The notes beneath the pieces are model-generated. The model was not told where the DNA came from and ran no database searches. It was given only the letters and a program-made list of their open reading frames with translations. DNA of 64,000 bases from Schmidtea nova (Eukaryota): NCBI GenBank assembly GCA_044892505.1, contig CM097882.1, positions 260,338,001 to 260,402,000 on the forward strand, written 5' to 3'. How positions within the stretch are numbered: position 1 is the first letter of the stretch; every line of letters begins with the position of its first letter. The translations under genes and the position numbers were made by a program. Below, one piece after another: positions 1 to 11,299 of this stretch.

Positions 1-175
1 TCAATATGCACATCGTTAATGGATGATCAATAACTAATTGAAATACAGGTAAGCACAAATTCTTATTAATAACATATGAGTGAATGATGTAGTATGAGGA
101 ATGGTGGGTATGATGGATGCATGTAGAGTTGACGACCCAGACTAGGCCAAAAACTAATTTAATACCGTAATTCAG

Positions 176-742
176 ATGATACCGAAAAGAAGATTGCGAC
201 TATTGCGAGCTCAGTCGCGGAAATCAACATTCTTAGATGTTAATGCAATCCCAGAAACAATTAGGAAGGCAGCGGAACGCCATCTCAGGGCGTGGAATCG
301 TAGTCACATAGATGCAAACGTGCGATCGGTGACATCCTCATTCAATACACGGATTCGGTGGGAAGGTGACCCATCGTGGCCGGCGTCTCCGAGCGTTCAG
401 ACACCGAGACAACAAAGATGATTCATACAGTTCGAGGACAAGCAGGCCAAACCCTGATGGGTACTTTCATTCAACTCCATGTCTGGTCTGGAATTCCGTC
501 AGTTGGGCTACAACTTGTTGGAACAACCGAGGTGTTTTCACGCCGGCGAGCTCCATCCTTATCTCAATGCTCCCGGAAATAGGGATATGAATCAACAGCA
601 GTGGAGAGAAGGAACGCGATTGTGGGAGGTGTTTACCTTCCGGGATGGACTCTGTTGGGATCCCTGTCCAGAAATCTATCAAGCCGATGGCAAGGGACTA
701 GCGAATCGAGCCTATGACCAGGAACTAGTCGAATTTCTGTGA
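176..742 (+). pseudogene. ORF A family (unknown protein), two internal TGA stops
   Basis: Track ORFs 176..421 and 479..742 share one frame. P*WVLSFNSMSGLEFRQLGYNLLEQPRCFHAGEL...LWEVFTFRDGLCWDPCPEIYQADG aligns with 38329-38676 PRWILSFSRIPANEFHQLDYILLGMPRRFYGSEL...IWEIFLYSSRLCWTPNPDLYQTNG. Confidence 0.75.
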
Positions 743-1012
743 AGATCTGCAACATTGTCATGCTAAACTGCTTGCATTTCGTAAATAATAAATAAATGTC
801 TTGTCAATTGTGTTGTTGATGGAATGCATGAGATGAAAAAGGGGTGTGATGCCGCTAAACTGATTGATGACTTTGGGAGTAGAACCTAGTTACAAAGAAA
901 CGGTCAATTATGATGAGACATAAAAAGAGGAAATGAGCCAGATAGGCGGAACCGTGGATGAATAGAACACACTAATCCACCCATATTTTTTAGATGTGTG
1001 CAGCGAAAACTC

Positions 1013-1549
1013 ATGACTACCGAGCAGAGGCAAAGGAATTCCTAAAGAGTCAAGGCTCTCGAAAGTCGGTTAAGGCAGTTGGATGCCGAGTACCAGTTGA
1101 TAAAGACGACTTGGTTCCACCCGGAGCGAGTAAAGAGCATCCAACAAGCCAGGTATCGTGCTGAATGAACGGCGGAAGAGCAGGCGCGAGAGACAGCAGC
1201 TGTCAAATTAGAGTTGGGCAATTACTTGCGGGCGTCTACCAAGGAGTTCACTGAGCAACAATTACGACCGCTCATACGAACCAGTACCTTCGATCGATGG
1301 GTACAGTCTACTAGCGTCTCGATGGGCGTGCAGACTGATATGAATTTAAGTCCGAGTTCAGACACCCCAGAAAGTGCTCAGAAAGCAGAAAGATTTAAGC
1401 GTACTAAACGAAGGAATCGGTTAGGCGCTAAAAGGCGGCGAGAAAGAAAGGAATATGCAGAACGGATCGGAATAGAAGTAGATCTTCTGAGCGGATTAAC
1501 CGAGAAGCAACTTCTGGCCGTCATCGACCCTACTGTGTTGTTAAATTGA
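1013..1549 (+). pseudogene. ORF B family (coiled-coil N-half, basic C-tail), internal TAA and TGA
   Basis: TTWFHPERVK...VKLELGNYLRASTKEFTEQQLRPLIRTSTFDRW matches the ORF B motif in 3469, 5499 and 39164; AATAAA at the stop. Confidence 0.75.
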
Positions 1550-2522
1550 ATAAATGTATTGTAGTTAAAATGTATCTTTACGAATGAATGTGGAACGAAT
1601 AATGATTTAACTAAAGGAAGGGGTGAGTATATTCAATTCATTTAAATGCCAAATGGACATGAGAAATCTAAATCAACCCTAGACTTAACTAATTTAAATA
1701 AATGTGAGGGACCGGAATAAAACCACACAAACCTTCTATCGGTAGTGGTGAACCCGTGAATAAATAAGGGAATAGTAACAGCAAGGTTGCTCACCTGCCT
1801 TATCATTTCACAACGTTGATACAGTTCCAACATGATGAGTAGTTAGGGATACATCATGGGTATCAGTGGGGGAAAGCGTTTATGTTGGCGAGGTTACCCT
1901 AACCAATAAAATCAAGTATAACCTCTGTTGTATATCTAACCTACAAACCAGCAGTAATAATAACAATAATAATATAATTTTCGCTTAATTATTTTTTTTT
2001 ACTTAATGTATTTTTCTAATTAAAGAAAATTATGTTTTCAATTAAAATATTTCTTTATTTGTTTTGGCATTTTAATGCCTTTTTTTAATGCCCGTCTATT
2101 TCATTTATTTATTAGGCCATTAAGTGCTTATTTATTTTCTTAATTGGCAGTTTAATGCCTTTCAATTGACAGTTAACTGCCTTTAATTTATGGAGAAAAT
2201 TTTCCCATTTAAAGGGAATTCCAAGTAATTTTTCTATTTTTTTAACTTTACTTTTAAAATTTAATTTGTAGAATTCGGTGATTTATTAAACTTTATTTTT
2301 GAAAATTAATTTATAGAATTCGATGATTTATTGAAGGATTTTTAAAACATTATTTAGATTTATGATGTTAAAGGTAATAATTTTAATTATATTAAATTTG
2401 AATAAATAATTTTTATGGTGATAATGCATATAATACTTGTAAGAATTAAAAACTAAAACTAACACTCTCGATTATCAATGATTTGAGCGAATACTAGAAT
2501 AAGGAAATTTGAGGGACCCTGT

Positions 2523-3023
2523 TTGTATGTTATATCTAGTATTATTTTCGTATTTTTAGTAACAAGCATGTTCCACACTGGATTACAATTTCGGGGTACC
2601 AGAGGAGAGTCGGCCACCTACAATATATCTATTGCAAATCTGGACGTTTACAATAATTATTTGGTTATGCATATGCCGCTCAAAAATATCCCAACGGAGC
2701 TGGCCCGTGAAATCCTCCATGAGCACCGAGAGGAATTCGAGAAAATCGGCGCTGTCCCTCCTTTTAATTTATTCTGAGACAGCCCGGCAGACATCATATG
2801 GCATGCAGCAAGGAGTGGCCGATCGACGTGGATCACCACTTCTGGCCTAATGCAACAAAATCCCACTGAAATTCCAGGGAGGTTCCAAATATATTATAAA
2901 GGCAAAATTCCCCAGGCAGAATTTCTGGGCCCGGGACGATTCGTGTTCGCTCCCGCGCCAACACCAAGCCCTACCGACTCTCCATTCAGCCCCTCGACGT
3001 TGAGTGAATCAGAAGAAAACTAG
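2523..3023 (+). pseudogene. ORF A family, one internal TGA at a conserved Trp position
   Basis: Frame continues past the stop at 2775-2777: PLKNIPTELAREI...PPFNLF*DSPADIIW...FQIYYKGKIPQAEF aligns with 27887 SLKELPPPILRTI...CPFSIWDTGRDRVLY...SRVIYWGHIPQGDL. Confidence 0.7.
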
Positions 3024-3468
3024 TGATGTGGAAATTATTGAGAACTAATTTTCGATTTGTTTTGTTTGTGTAGTTCGTTAAATTTTATGTTTAGTTGTTA
3101 TTTCATTGTTGTTGATAAATTAAGTGTTTAGTGTAGATATGTAAGATAATTACAGTAATTGGTAATTCACTATAAACACGAATGAATAACTTGGTAAAAC
3201 AATAAATAACAAAGATAGTAATCTAAAATAGGTATGAATAAACTTAGTTTTTGTAAAATAATAAATAAAGGAAAAAGTAGACTATACTAAACAGGCACAG
3301 GTTAGACGGGTCTGCCAAAGAAAGGCCGTGGAAGGTGATTGATAAAAAGTAGAGTAGTTTATACGAACCGAGTTGGAGTTGTGTAAGATTATCCGTATTA
3401 CTGTTAGATAGAATCATATAGTTAGAATTTTCTTTCATTACAAAGAAAGCTAGGGCTATAAACGAAAA

Positions 3469-3879
3469 ATGTCAGGACAGCTGAGGAGGAGGATTATCGA
3501 CATCGAGAATAGTTATTTTTCTCCTGCCGAGATGAAACAAGTAAATGACCGATTGCTGAGAGCGACACAAGTGATCCAATATCAGAAGAGAGAAATAGAC
3601 GCATTAAAAATCGAATTGAAAAATTGCCAATCGATCATAACTGAAAGATTTATAGATGGGATTCTGCGGGATTTGATTCGCCCAATAACGCTAGAAAAAT
3701 GGTTCTCCACACCGGACAAATCGGAAAATGCAGTCATAGAGGCGACGACGACAGCCCAGCCGCCAAAACGGAAGAGAAGAAAATCCCATTCGCAACGACG
3801 TCACCAAATGAAGCTGAAGTTGGAAACCGAAGCGAATAAAGTAACTATCGGGATGGACATCAACCGATCGAATCCGTGA
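3469..3879 (+). CDS. ORF B family protein, 136 aa, open
   Basis: SYFSPAEMK...LKIELKNCQSIITERFIDGILRDLIRPITLEKWF, basic tail PPKRKRRK. Confidence 0.65.
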   Translation: MSGQLRRRIIDIENSYFSPAEMKQVNDRLLRATQVIQYQKREIDALKIELKNCQSIITERFIDGILRDLIRPITLEKWFSTPDKSENAVIEATTTAQPPKRKRRKSHSQRRHQMKLKLETEANKVTIGMDINRSNP

Positions 3880-4501
3880 AAGTCTCAGATATCTTGTGTA
3901 TTAAAATTGTAATGTAATAAGGACGAATATATGTATAGTAATTCCGCGTTGTTTTCTTGAATAAGGTTCTCTGATAACTAAATAAACAATAACTATAGTT
4001 GTACATGACTAAAATGTAGGGAATAAAAGCCAATAAATGCTAAAAAGAGATCTACCAAAATGTAAACTTGCGATTTAGTGCAGAGAAGGGTTGAAATTAG
4101 AAACGGCCAGCGAACACCCGAAAGAGTGACCGGTGATGGGTGAGTGATAGTGTTGGGCCCACCAAGTGGTCTAAAACCAACAAAATAACAGTACAATTAA
4201 AACAACAAATGAAAATAATAAATACAAAAAACATAGAAAAATCGGAATTAAAAATCGGAATAAAATAATAAATAATAATAAATAAATTAACAGCAAAGAG
4301 AAAATTCGAAATTTACATTAGAACAAGCAGCGAGGGAGCCTGAAACAGAAAAATAAAGAATTTTATACAAGTAAAAGTGCAATTAATTGATTAATTACTT
4401 TGAAAATCAGGACCACCCAGCGAGAAACCTGAACCGGAAATAAAATAATATTTACAATAAAATAAAATAATAGACAGGTTTTGATGGACGGCCTGATCCT
4501 G

Positions 4502-4539
4502 ATTGGTCAATCTGACCAGCCAGATCAGTATAAATACCG
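4502..4539 (+). promoter_or_regulatory. CCAAT (ATTGG) plus TATA box TATAAATACCG inside E3
   Basis: Same TATAAATACCG at 46862 and 54824, TAAATACCGATC at 26723, and ATTGG...TATATAAG at 35972-36005, each upstream of family coding segments. Confidence 0.55.
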
Positions 4540-5025
4540 ATCCGAAAATCATAATTAGAGAAAATATTTTTGAGACTTAGACTTTGCTTAGAGCCTTAGT
4601 TTAAGCCTTTCTGTGAAAACATTTTACAGCATTTCGAGCGAAAATTCCGAACATTTATTTTGCGAGCAGAACATTAACTTAACGAATTGGAACAGTAAAT
4701 TTTATTTTGATTGATTAATTTATGTACCCATGATTTTATCATTATAATCTTATTCTATGTTTTGATTTTATCTTTATGCATTTAATTTATTTTAACTCAT
4801 GTGTATAGTTATGCTTCCTCGACTGTTCACGCGGCGAGGGAGCCAAAGTCGACGTCGTGGAGCCTAACGGTTTCACACGGCGGTTTCACCTTTTTATAAT
4901 TTTGTCACATTTCGATATTTAGGATGATTGCAATTTATGAATTTTATGATTATAGTTTTCAAATTTTGGTTGCACCTAGGATGAATCGGCACAAGTAGAG
5001 GGTATTATTATTATTAGGAAATACC

Positions 5026-5360
5026 ATGCGTCAGGAGGCATCCCGAAGGTCTAAGGTACCTTCCACCCAACATATTTTCGGCCATGCGAATTATTATTCC
5101 AAGGGACGAATAAGTTTATCAGTAAAGGGTCAAAAAATTTCACGATACGACAATGCGTCCAGGAGTCCCACACAACTAATACACTGGGACACATCCCCCG
5201 AAGCGAATTCAATAAATTGGGGCTTCGCTCATTTCTGCGCTCACGATCTTTCGGAAAGGAATATGGAATCGATCACCCAAAGTTCTCGCTGGAAAGACTA
5301 CGCCAATTAGCCATAAACAAGGAACTTCATATAAATTTTAAAAATATGAACGTTAAATAG
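5026..5360 (+). pseudogene. ORF A family, frameshifted
   Basis: GLRYLPPNIFSAMR (shifted frame) and TQLIHWDTSPEANSINW correspond to ORF A motifs LKxxP and (F/I)xWD. Confidence 0.5.
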
Positions 5361-5498
5361 TCGAATTGAATTTCCTTGATCATAATAAATTCTGTTAAAT
5401 GCGATTCATTTATTTTGTTTATTTTCCTCATGTTGCACAATAATTCATTTTAAATCGTGACTAAAATAAAGAATTTCAATTCATTAAAAATTTGCAGA

Positions 5499-6092
5499 AT
5501 GGATTCCGCATCACCACAGCAGAAAGAAATCGATAAATTATGGAGGATTCGAAGGGCTCAGGACAAAGAACTGGCCCAAACAAAAGTACAGTTGGCAAAA
5601 GCGGAGGCACAATTAGCTCATCTGCGTAAGAGTTGGTTTGCTCCTGTGCGGATGAAAGACCAGATAACTAAAACCGAGCGGGCTCAGAAAACAGCGGAAG
5701 ACTATAAAATGGAGTGGGAGGCAACTAAGATAGAGTTGCGGAAATGTCTCCACTCAGTGACGGCCTCGTATATAGAACGGGAACTAAGAGCGCAAATCAG
5801 ATCGGTGGCCTATCAGGGGTGGATCACCGAGGAAAAATCAGTGAGCTCAATCGGCACGGATGTCGAAGGCCTAATCGAGACTACTGTAGAAAACCCACAA
5901 CCAGTTACTGTGAGTGCTCCCTCAATCAGCGCATACCAAAAACGCAAGCGAATCGGCCAGAAGCTCAGAAGGCAGAGGAAACTCTTCGCCCAAAGATTAC
6001 AAGATCAGGTCGACAAGTTAGCCAATTTATCGGAAGCAGAACTGTTAGCCGAGATCTTTCCTCCAGAGGGGAATTTCGCCCACATGTTATGA
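5499..6092 (+). CDS. ORF B family protein, 197 aa, intact
   Basis: ATG at 5499 preceded by TTTGCAG. KSWFAPVRMK...TKIELRKCLHSVTASYIERELRAQIRSVAYQGW; basic tail QKRKRIGQKLRRQRK; AATAAA just downstream. Confidence 0.75.
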   Translation: MDSASPQQKEIDKLWRIRRAQDKELAQTKVQLAKAEAQLAHLRKSWFAPVRMKDQITKTERAQKTAEDYKMEWEATKIELRKCLHSVTASYIERELRAQIRSVAYQGWITEEKSVSSIGTDVEGLIETTVENPQPVTVSAPSISAYQKRKRIGQKLRRQRKLFAQRLQDQVDKLANLSEAELLAEIFPPEGNFAHML

Positions 6093-7276
6093 CAATAAAA
6101 TAGGCTATCATCCGTGTTGACATCTTTGTTATTTCTTAGTGTAAAGTTTTATTAATAATTAAAATAACTGAAACGTAATAATTGTACCCGACATAGGTTT
6201 TAAAGGCCACATAATTAATTCATAAAAAATGCTAACATTCGTAAATAGGTAAATAGAGTACAACATAGCTTTGTGAAAATAAACGATAAGTGCTGTAAAA
6301 TATAACAATAAATCTTTTGTGAAAGAGGCGTAAGTCCTTCTAACGGCAGCAATGGACCCGTAAACATAAATGAGGAGTAGTTCTAGCAATAGAGCTCACC
6401 TGCCCATCATTGTTTAACTCACCTAGCGCATCACCAACTTGGTTATCAAGGGAAATAATCGAGGGCGCTCGAGTGAGCAGAGTAAATATTTATGTATGAT
6501 CATGGATGGGGAATCCCTAGTCATCAGTAGCATTTTTTTAATCTAACCCCTCCGTGAACCCAGTAATAGTATGAATGAGACCTTCTATCGATTAAGCTAG
6601 AACCCGAACGATGCGACAAGTCAGGAGTAGTTCTTGTGAAGGAACTCACCTGCTGACTTGCGATCGGCTGTTATGCACATTAACAACGTGAATGAGTAGG
6701 GTAAATCACGGGTGCATGAACAGTAAAGCTTTTATGTGTGTGTTGGACCCTAGAGAGCAAGGAAGTGTATTTTAGTAATAGAAATTTCAGTGAGTTTAAA
6801 GAGTCAGGAAGTAAATTTGGGTTTTGATTTTGATTTTTCCACAACACACCAACAATATATTTAAAAATAATTATTTTTTGTTTTAGTTTTAATTAGTTAT
6901 TATTTAGTTATTTTTTTGTAATTATCATTATTACCATTATTACTTACATTATTACTATTATTTTTATTATTTCTAGAAGATTTAGTTTGCATTCAACATG
7001 AATGGTGGTGCTCCAAGGTAAAATACATTAATTTCAAGTTTATTTAGAAATGTAACCTAATATTTTAGTTTATTATAATAATACACATTGATATGTTTTT
7101 GACTGAGGATTTTTGGTAATAATTAATTTACACACATTTTATGATTTTAGACGTTTCTGGAAATTTTCTTTTCTGTTTCTACCGACATTTGCGAAAATTT
7201 TCCCAATTTCGTCATTGGTTTTAAACGAATTGGTCTATCACTCTAATTAGCTATTCACATTGGTAATAATATATAG

Positions 7277-7278
<2 letters not shown>

Positions 7279-7344
<66 letters not shown>
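7279..7344. repeat. (TA)n microsatellite
   Basis: Direct read; similar runs at ~11049-11124 and ~45903-45952. Confidence 0.95.
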
Positions 7345-7350
<6 letters not shown>

Positions 7351-7904
7351 AGGTTTGAAAAAAGTTGAAGGTTTTTGATCCTTTGAAAGTCTAGGGCCCA
7401 CTATAAACATTCGATGGTATGACCTTTGTATAGACCTGTCAAAGACATTCCGAATGATACATAGGTTATAAGGGTTGACCTTAGGAAATTAAAATGTTGA
7501 CCTTGAAAACGATGAGTCATTGGGGAGTCGTAATGTGAGTCATCGGGGTATGTCTTTGTTATGAGTCATCGATGAGTAATATGTCTTTGTTCCAGACTCC
7601 ACACTTCTACTTACTATATGATGAGCAAAAAAATAATTTAATGAATATGACGAACACAATATATTATCTGATAGATATGACAAATATATACGCTAGCGAC
7701 AAAAATACGTGATCACTAACGGAGCCACTTCGCACAATGCATCAAATCGCTTAAGGGGTAATTTACCCAAAAATGGTGCTTTAATATTGAGAATAAATAA
7801 TAAATTTTAACACGATGTTTACAACGAATTTTGAATTATCGAAACGTGGCAAGCGAACGCCGATGGCACTTTTAAGGTAGTAATTTTTATATATTTACAG
7901 AATT

Positions 7905-8682
7905 ACAGTCTCCATTCCCAATTCATCAACGGAGTAAATCAAGCAGCGGTATACTTCCTGTTACATGATAAGGTAAGAATAAGTTACAATAGTTTTGTAC
8001 CATACTTCAAAAATCTTATTCGAACTGCATCATTAAAAAATTCTAACCAATTTCAAGTCAGCAGCCATGGGAAAATTCATTGATGAATATTCAGATGCAT
8101 TAGTAACAGACTGTTATTTCCATCTCAATCAGAGTATTTTGCAGAAGGTGAATGAACTTGGAATGAAGTCAGCTTACGACAGCTTTGATATACTGCGTGA
8201 AAGTATTTGATGTTTATTGTCACTTGCATATGTCCGGTTGATGATGTAGCTGATTCATTCGACTTGTTAACAGAACAAACGACAGATCACGAAAAAATGT
8301 ACGAACTTTTATAATATTTCGAGCAATCTACAAATAGAAGTCGACGACTTCGAGACAGAGGCAATATTTATGGCTTAGTTGCATTTCCAATTCCGATCTG
8401 GAATCAATGTGAATTTGCTTGAGATAGAATCGCACAAATGACAAACATTATCGAAGGCTAAAATCAAGGACTTCAGTCACTATTCTTGTGCAATCATTCT
8501 TCAATGTTTTTGTTGGTTGAAGAGCTGGAGAAATATTGTCAAAAACAAAAAGCAGCATTCGTTCAAGGAGTTACTGGAATCCAAGAAATTGGCGTCAAGA
8601 AATATCGTAACTTGGTGAGAAGAGTCAGACATGCGAATGTGTTGATATATCTTCGCGCAATTGAGAAATTATCACACGATTA
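7905..8682 (+). mobile_element. Degenerate MULE/Mutator-type transposase fragment
   Basis: Multi-frame remnants: CYFHLNQSILQKVNELGMK, SLAYVPVDDVADSFDLL, FPIPIWNQ...TNIIEG*NQGL, HSSMFLLVEEL. Confidence 0.7.
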
Positions 8683-8894
8683 AATTACTAGAGATATTTG
8701 TATTTTATAATATAATTAGGTTTACATGACTATTTTTAATAAAAAAACTGTTATTATTTTATCAAATTTAGTTTTTTATTATTGCATTTTATAATTAAAT
8801 TTTATAATTTTATTTTATAATTATTATATTTTATTATAATATTTTTATTATTTTTCCCATTACTGATACAAGACCAATACTATCTGGTTCTCGC

Positions 8895-8924
8895 AGCCTG
8901 TCGCTGGCTGTCATTGAAATACTT
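8895..8924 (-). pseudogene. Hsp70 micro-fragment (YFNDSQRQA)
   Basis: [13 protein letters not shown] matches the canonical Hsp70 [18 protein letters not shown] motif. Confidence 0.65.
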
Positions 8925-9141
8925 TGGAACTGTAAATGCACGATATTGTTGGCTTCCTCGACTTGTTAATGGAGTGAATCCTAGCATAAAGAAATGCAAA
9001 CATGGAAATGGAACCATGTTAAAAGCTAATTCTCTCAAATCAGCATTCAATTGACCAGGGAATCTCAAGCATGTTGTTACTCCACTCATTGTAGCGCTTA
9101 CCGAATGATTCAAATCCCCGTAAGTTAGAGTTGTCAATTTC
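8925..9141 (-). pseudogene. TUBB: Beta-tubulin internal fragment (~72 codons, no introns)
   Basis: [72 protein letters not shown]. Confidence 0.95.
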
Positions 9142-9440
9142 ATTACATCTATTCTCGCTTGTGTAAATTTCTCTAATTCAATCAGACATTTGATTCGTCG
9201 GAGTTTGGTTTCTTTCATCGCAATCGGGACTATATTGGATTGCTGAATCGCAATCCATGGGTGCATCGGAATATTTACCAAGTTTCATTAATGAAAAGGC
9301 ACGATTTGAATAACATAACGACATTAATAGCGGGAATTTACTCCTATTCATATTCAAAGATTCAGTATATCTATCGAATGCACCACAATAATCTCGTTTT
9401 TACGAGTTCATTTCCAATTTTATGAAGACCGACAATTGTT
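9142..9440 (-). pseudogene. TPR-repeat protein fragment (co-chaperone type), frameshifted
   Basis: GNELVK/DYCGAFDRYTESL...[50 protein letters not shown] reads as three consecutive TPR units. Confidence 0.7.
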
Positions 9441-9449
9441 TTTACTCGA

Positions 9450-11043
9450 TTCTTCACAGGCCAGCCGAAGAAATTATAAAAATACTTCCTTTGAGTAATA
9501 GCACGGTGAAAAGAAGAATTGACGAAATGGCAGAAGATGTTGAAAATTCTTTATGCGAATATTTAAAAAATTCTAAATTTTCAATTCAACTGGATGAATC
9601 AACTCTTCCCAATAATGAGTCAATTCTATTATCTTTCGTGAGGTTTGTGAAAGAAGAAAAAGTTTATGAAGAACTATTATTTGTAAAGAGTTTAAAAACC
9701 GATACTAGAGGGATAACAGTTTTTAATGTTTTAAAAAGTTTTTTAGTTGAAAAAAATATTCCTTTTACCAATATCTTATCTGTGGCAACGGACGGTGCAC
9801 CAGCAATGACTGGTCACTACAAAGGGTTTGTGGCTCACTTAAAGGAGGAGGTTCCGGGTGTAATCTTCGTGCATTGTGTGATCCATCGTCAGCACTTGGT
9901 TGCTAAAAATCTCTCTGAGCGCTTGCATACATCCCTTAATTTTGTAGTAGGCGATCAATAAAATTAGAAGTAAAGCTTCAAATGACAGATTATTTGGTCA
10001 GTTGTGTAAAGAAAATGATGAAGATTTTAATCGCCTGTTACATACAGAAGTTCGATGGTTGTCGAAAGGTGAATGTTTAACGCGATTTTTTAACTTATTT
10101 GATTCTATTGTTCAATTTTTTGAAGAAAAAGATAGTCAATTACGAATTAATTTAATCGAGTTCAAAAACGATATTGCATATTTAACTGATTTGTATAAAA
10201 TGTACAATGAAGTTAATTTACAACTACAAGGTGAAGAATTGAATCTAATTAAAACAAAAAGTGTTATTGGTTCGTTTTTGGGAAAATTGCTTATTTTCAA
10301 GCGGAACTTTGAGCAGAAAAATTTCAGAGATTTCCAGAGCTTATATTTTTTATCCCCATCAATCAAAGAAAAAGATTTACTTTGCTATCGCCAACACCTG
10401 GATGTTCTTTATATTGACTTTAAAAAACGATTTGAAGATATTATAACTATGAATATCCCAGATTAGGTATTAGACCCCTTTCATATGATTACACTTCAGA
10501 GGCATCAGATTTAGATGTGGAGCTTCTAGAACTCACAACAAATGAGGAACTTAAGTTCAAATTTAAAAAAGGGTACCAACAATTTTGACTGCAAAAACCA
10601 GTAGCAATATTATATCCAAGACTTTGGAAAATAGTTCAAAAACTTCTGATAGCATTTCCTTCCTCTTATTTGGCCGAAAGAGGATTTAGTGTAGTAACAG
10701 CTCTGTTTTCAAAAAGAAGAAGTCGAATACAAATTACTAAGTGTGGAGATTTAAGACTTTTTTTAACAAATTTTGAACCGAATATTAAAAAATTTATTGA
10801 AATGCACCAAGCTCATCCTTCGCATTAAATAATAATTTTTAATTTAGGTCTATTATTTTTATGTTCAAATTTAAAGAATTTTCATGTATAATGTTCTTTT
10901 TTTAATTAAGTTAATTTTTAAAATGTAAAGGTTAATCGGCAAAGTGATAAAGTTGGTTGTTAAAATTTAAAATTTGACTGGTACAGCATTCAATTTGGTT
11001 ATAAAAAAATAAAAATTTGCGTGGAAAATCTTGTAAATGAAAA

Positions 11044-11127
<84 letters not shown>

Positions 11128-11199
11128 ACAAAAAAGTTAGGGGCGGTAAAAAAAATTTCTGAAAGTGGGCGGTGGCCTAAAAAAGATTGGGAAACGCTG
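9450..11199 (+). mobile_element. hAT Buster/Charlie-type transposon, 5'-truncated, with right TIR
   Basis: PLSNSTVKRRIDEM, FSIQLDEST, TDGAPAM, HCVIHRQHL, HTEVRWLSKG, FPSSYLAERGFS, HQAHPSH* (10828). End TTGGGAAACGCTG followed by GCCTACAT (NNNTANNN target type). Confidence 0.9.
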
Positions 11200-11299
11200 G
11201 CCTACATTGATAAATATATTTTTAATATGAAAATATATATTTTAATTTTCTTTTAACAAACCATTAATTAAAATAATATTGTTAAGAAATATTTATAGA

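Larger units (their letters stand above)
1..1953 (+). mobile_element. Unclassified TG...CA gene-carrying element, copy E1 (left end probably outside window)
   Basis: ORF A, ORF B and module C occur in the same order as in complete copy E3. Right end AAACCAGCA at 1945-1953 lies ~73 nt after the module-C TTATGT block, similar to the ~76-nt spacing in E3 and 58609. Confidence 0.6.
4151..6565 (+). mobile_element. Complete unclassified TG...CA element, copy E3 (2415 bp) with 4-bp TSD
   Basis: ATAG(4147-4150)|TGTTGGGCC ... AACCCAGTA|ATAG(6566-6569). Contains promoter, ORF A, ORF B and module C; the flanks rejoin the 3' part of E2. Confidence 0.75.
2300..6854 (+). mobile_element. Unclassified TG...CA element, copy E2 (hosts nested E3; left end not located, start approximate)
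   Basis: ORF A (2523) and ORF B (3469), then after the E3 insertion module C (6585-6760) and the end CACCAACA at 6847-6854. Confidence 0.55.

Noticed and set aside
1780-1800. CAG|GTGAG plus AATTTTG in module C as a possible spliced-leader RNA
   Set aside because: The donor-like motif is not preserved in the 34078 and 63724 copies, no consistent SL stem-loops are visible, and the module sits at a mobile-element terminus.
2775-2777. In-frame TGA at Trp positions (also 13368) suggesting TGA=Trp recoding
   Set aside because: TAG also replaces Trp (hAT, 10464-10466), another TGA replaces Arg (455-457), and intact ORFs use TGG for Trp and end in TGA. These are ordinary nonsense mutations.
8880-9281. 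Track ORF read as a functional tubulin gene
   Set aside because: Only ~72 codons are tubulin, with substitutions at conserved sites; it is a chimeric fragment.
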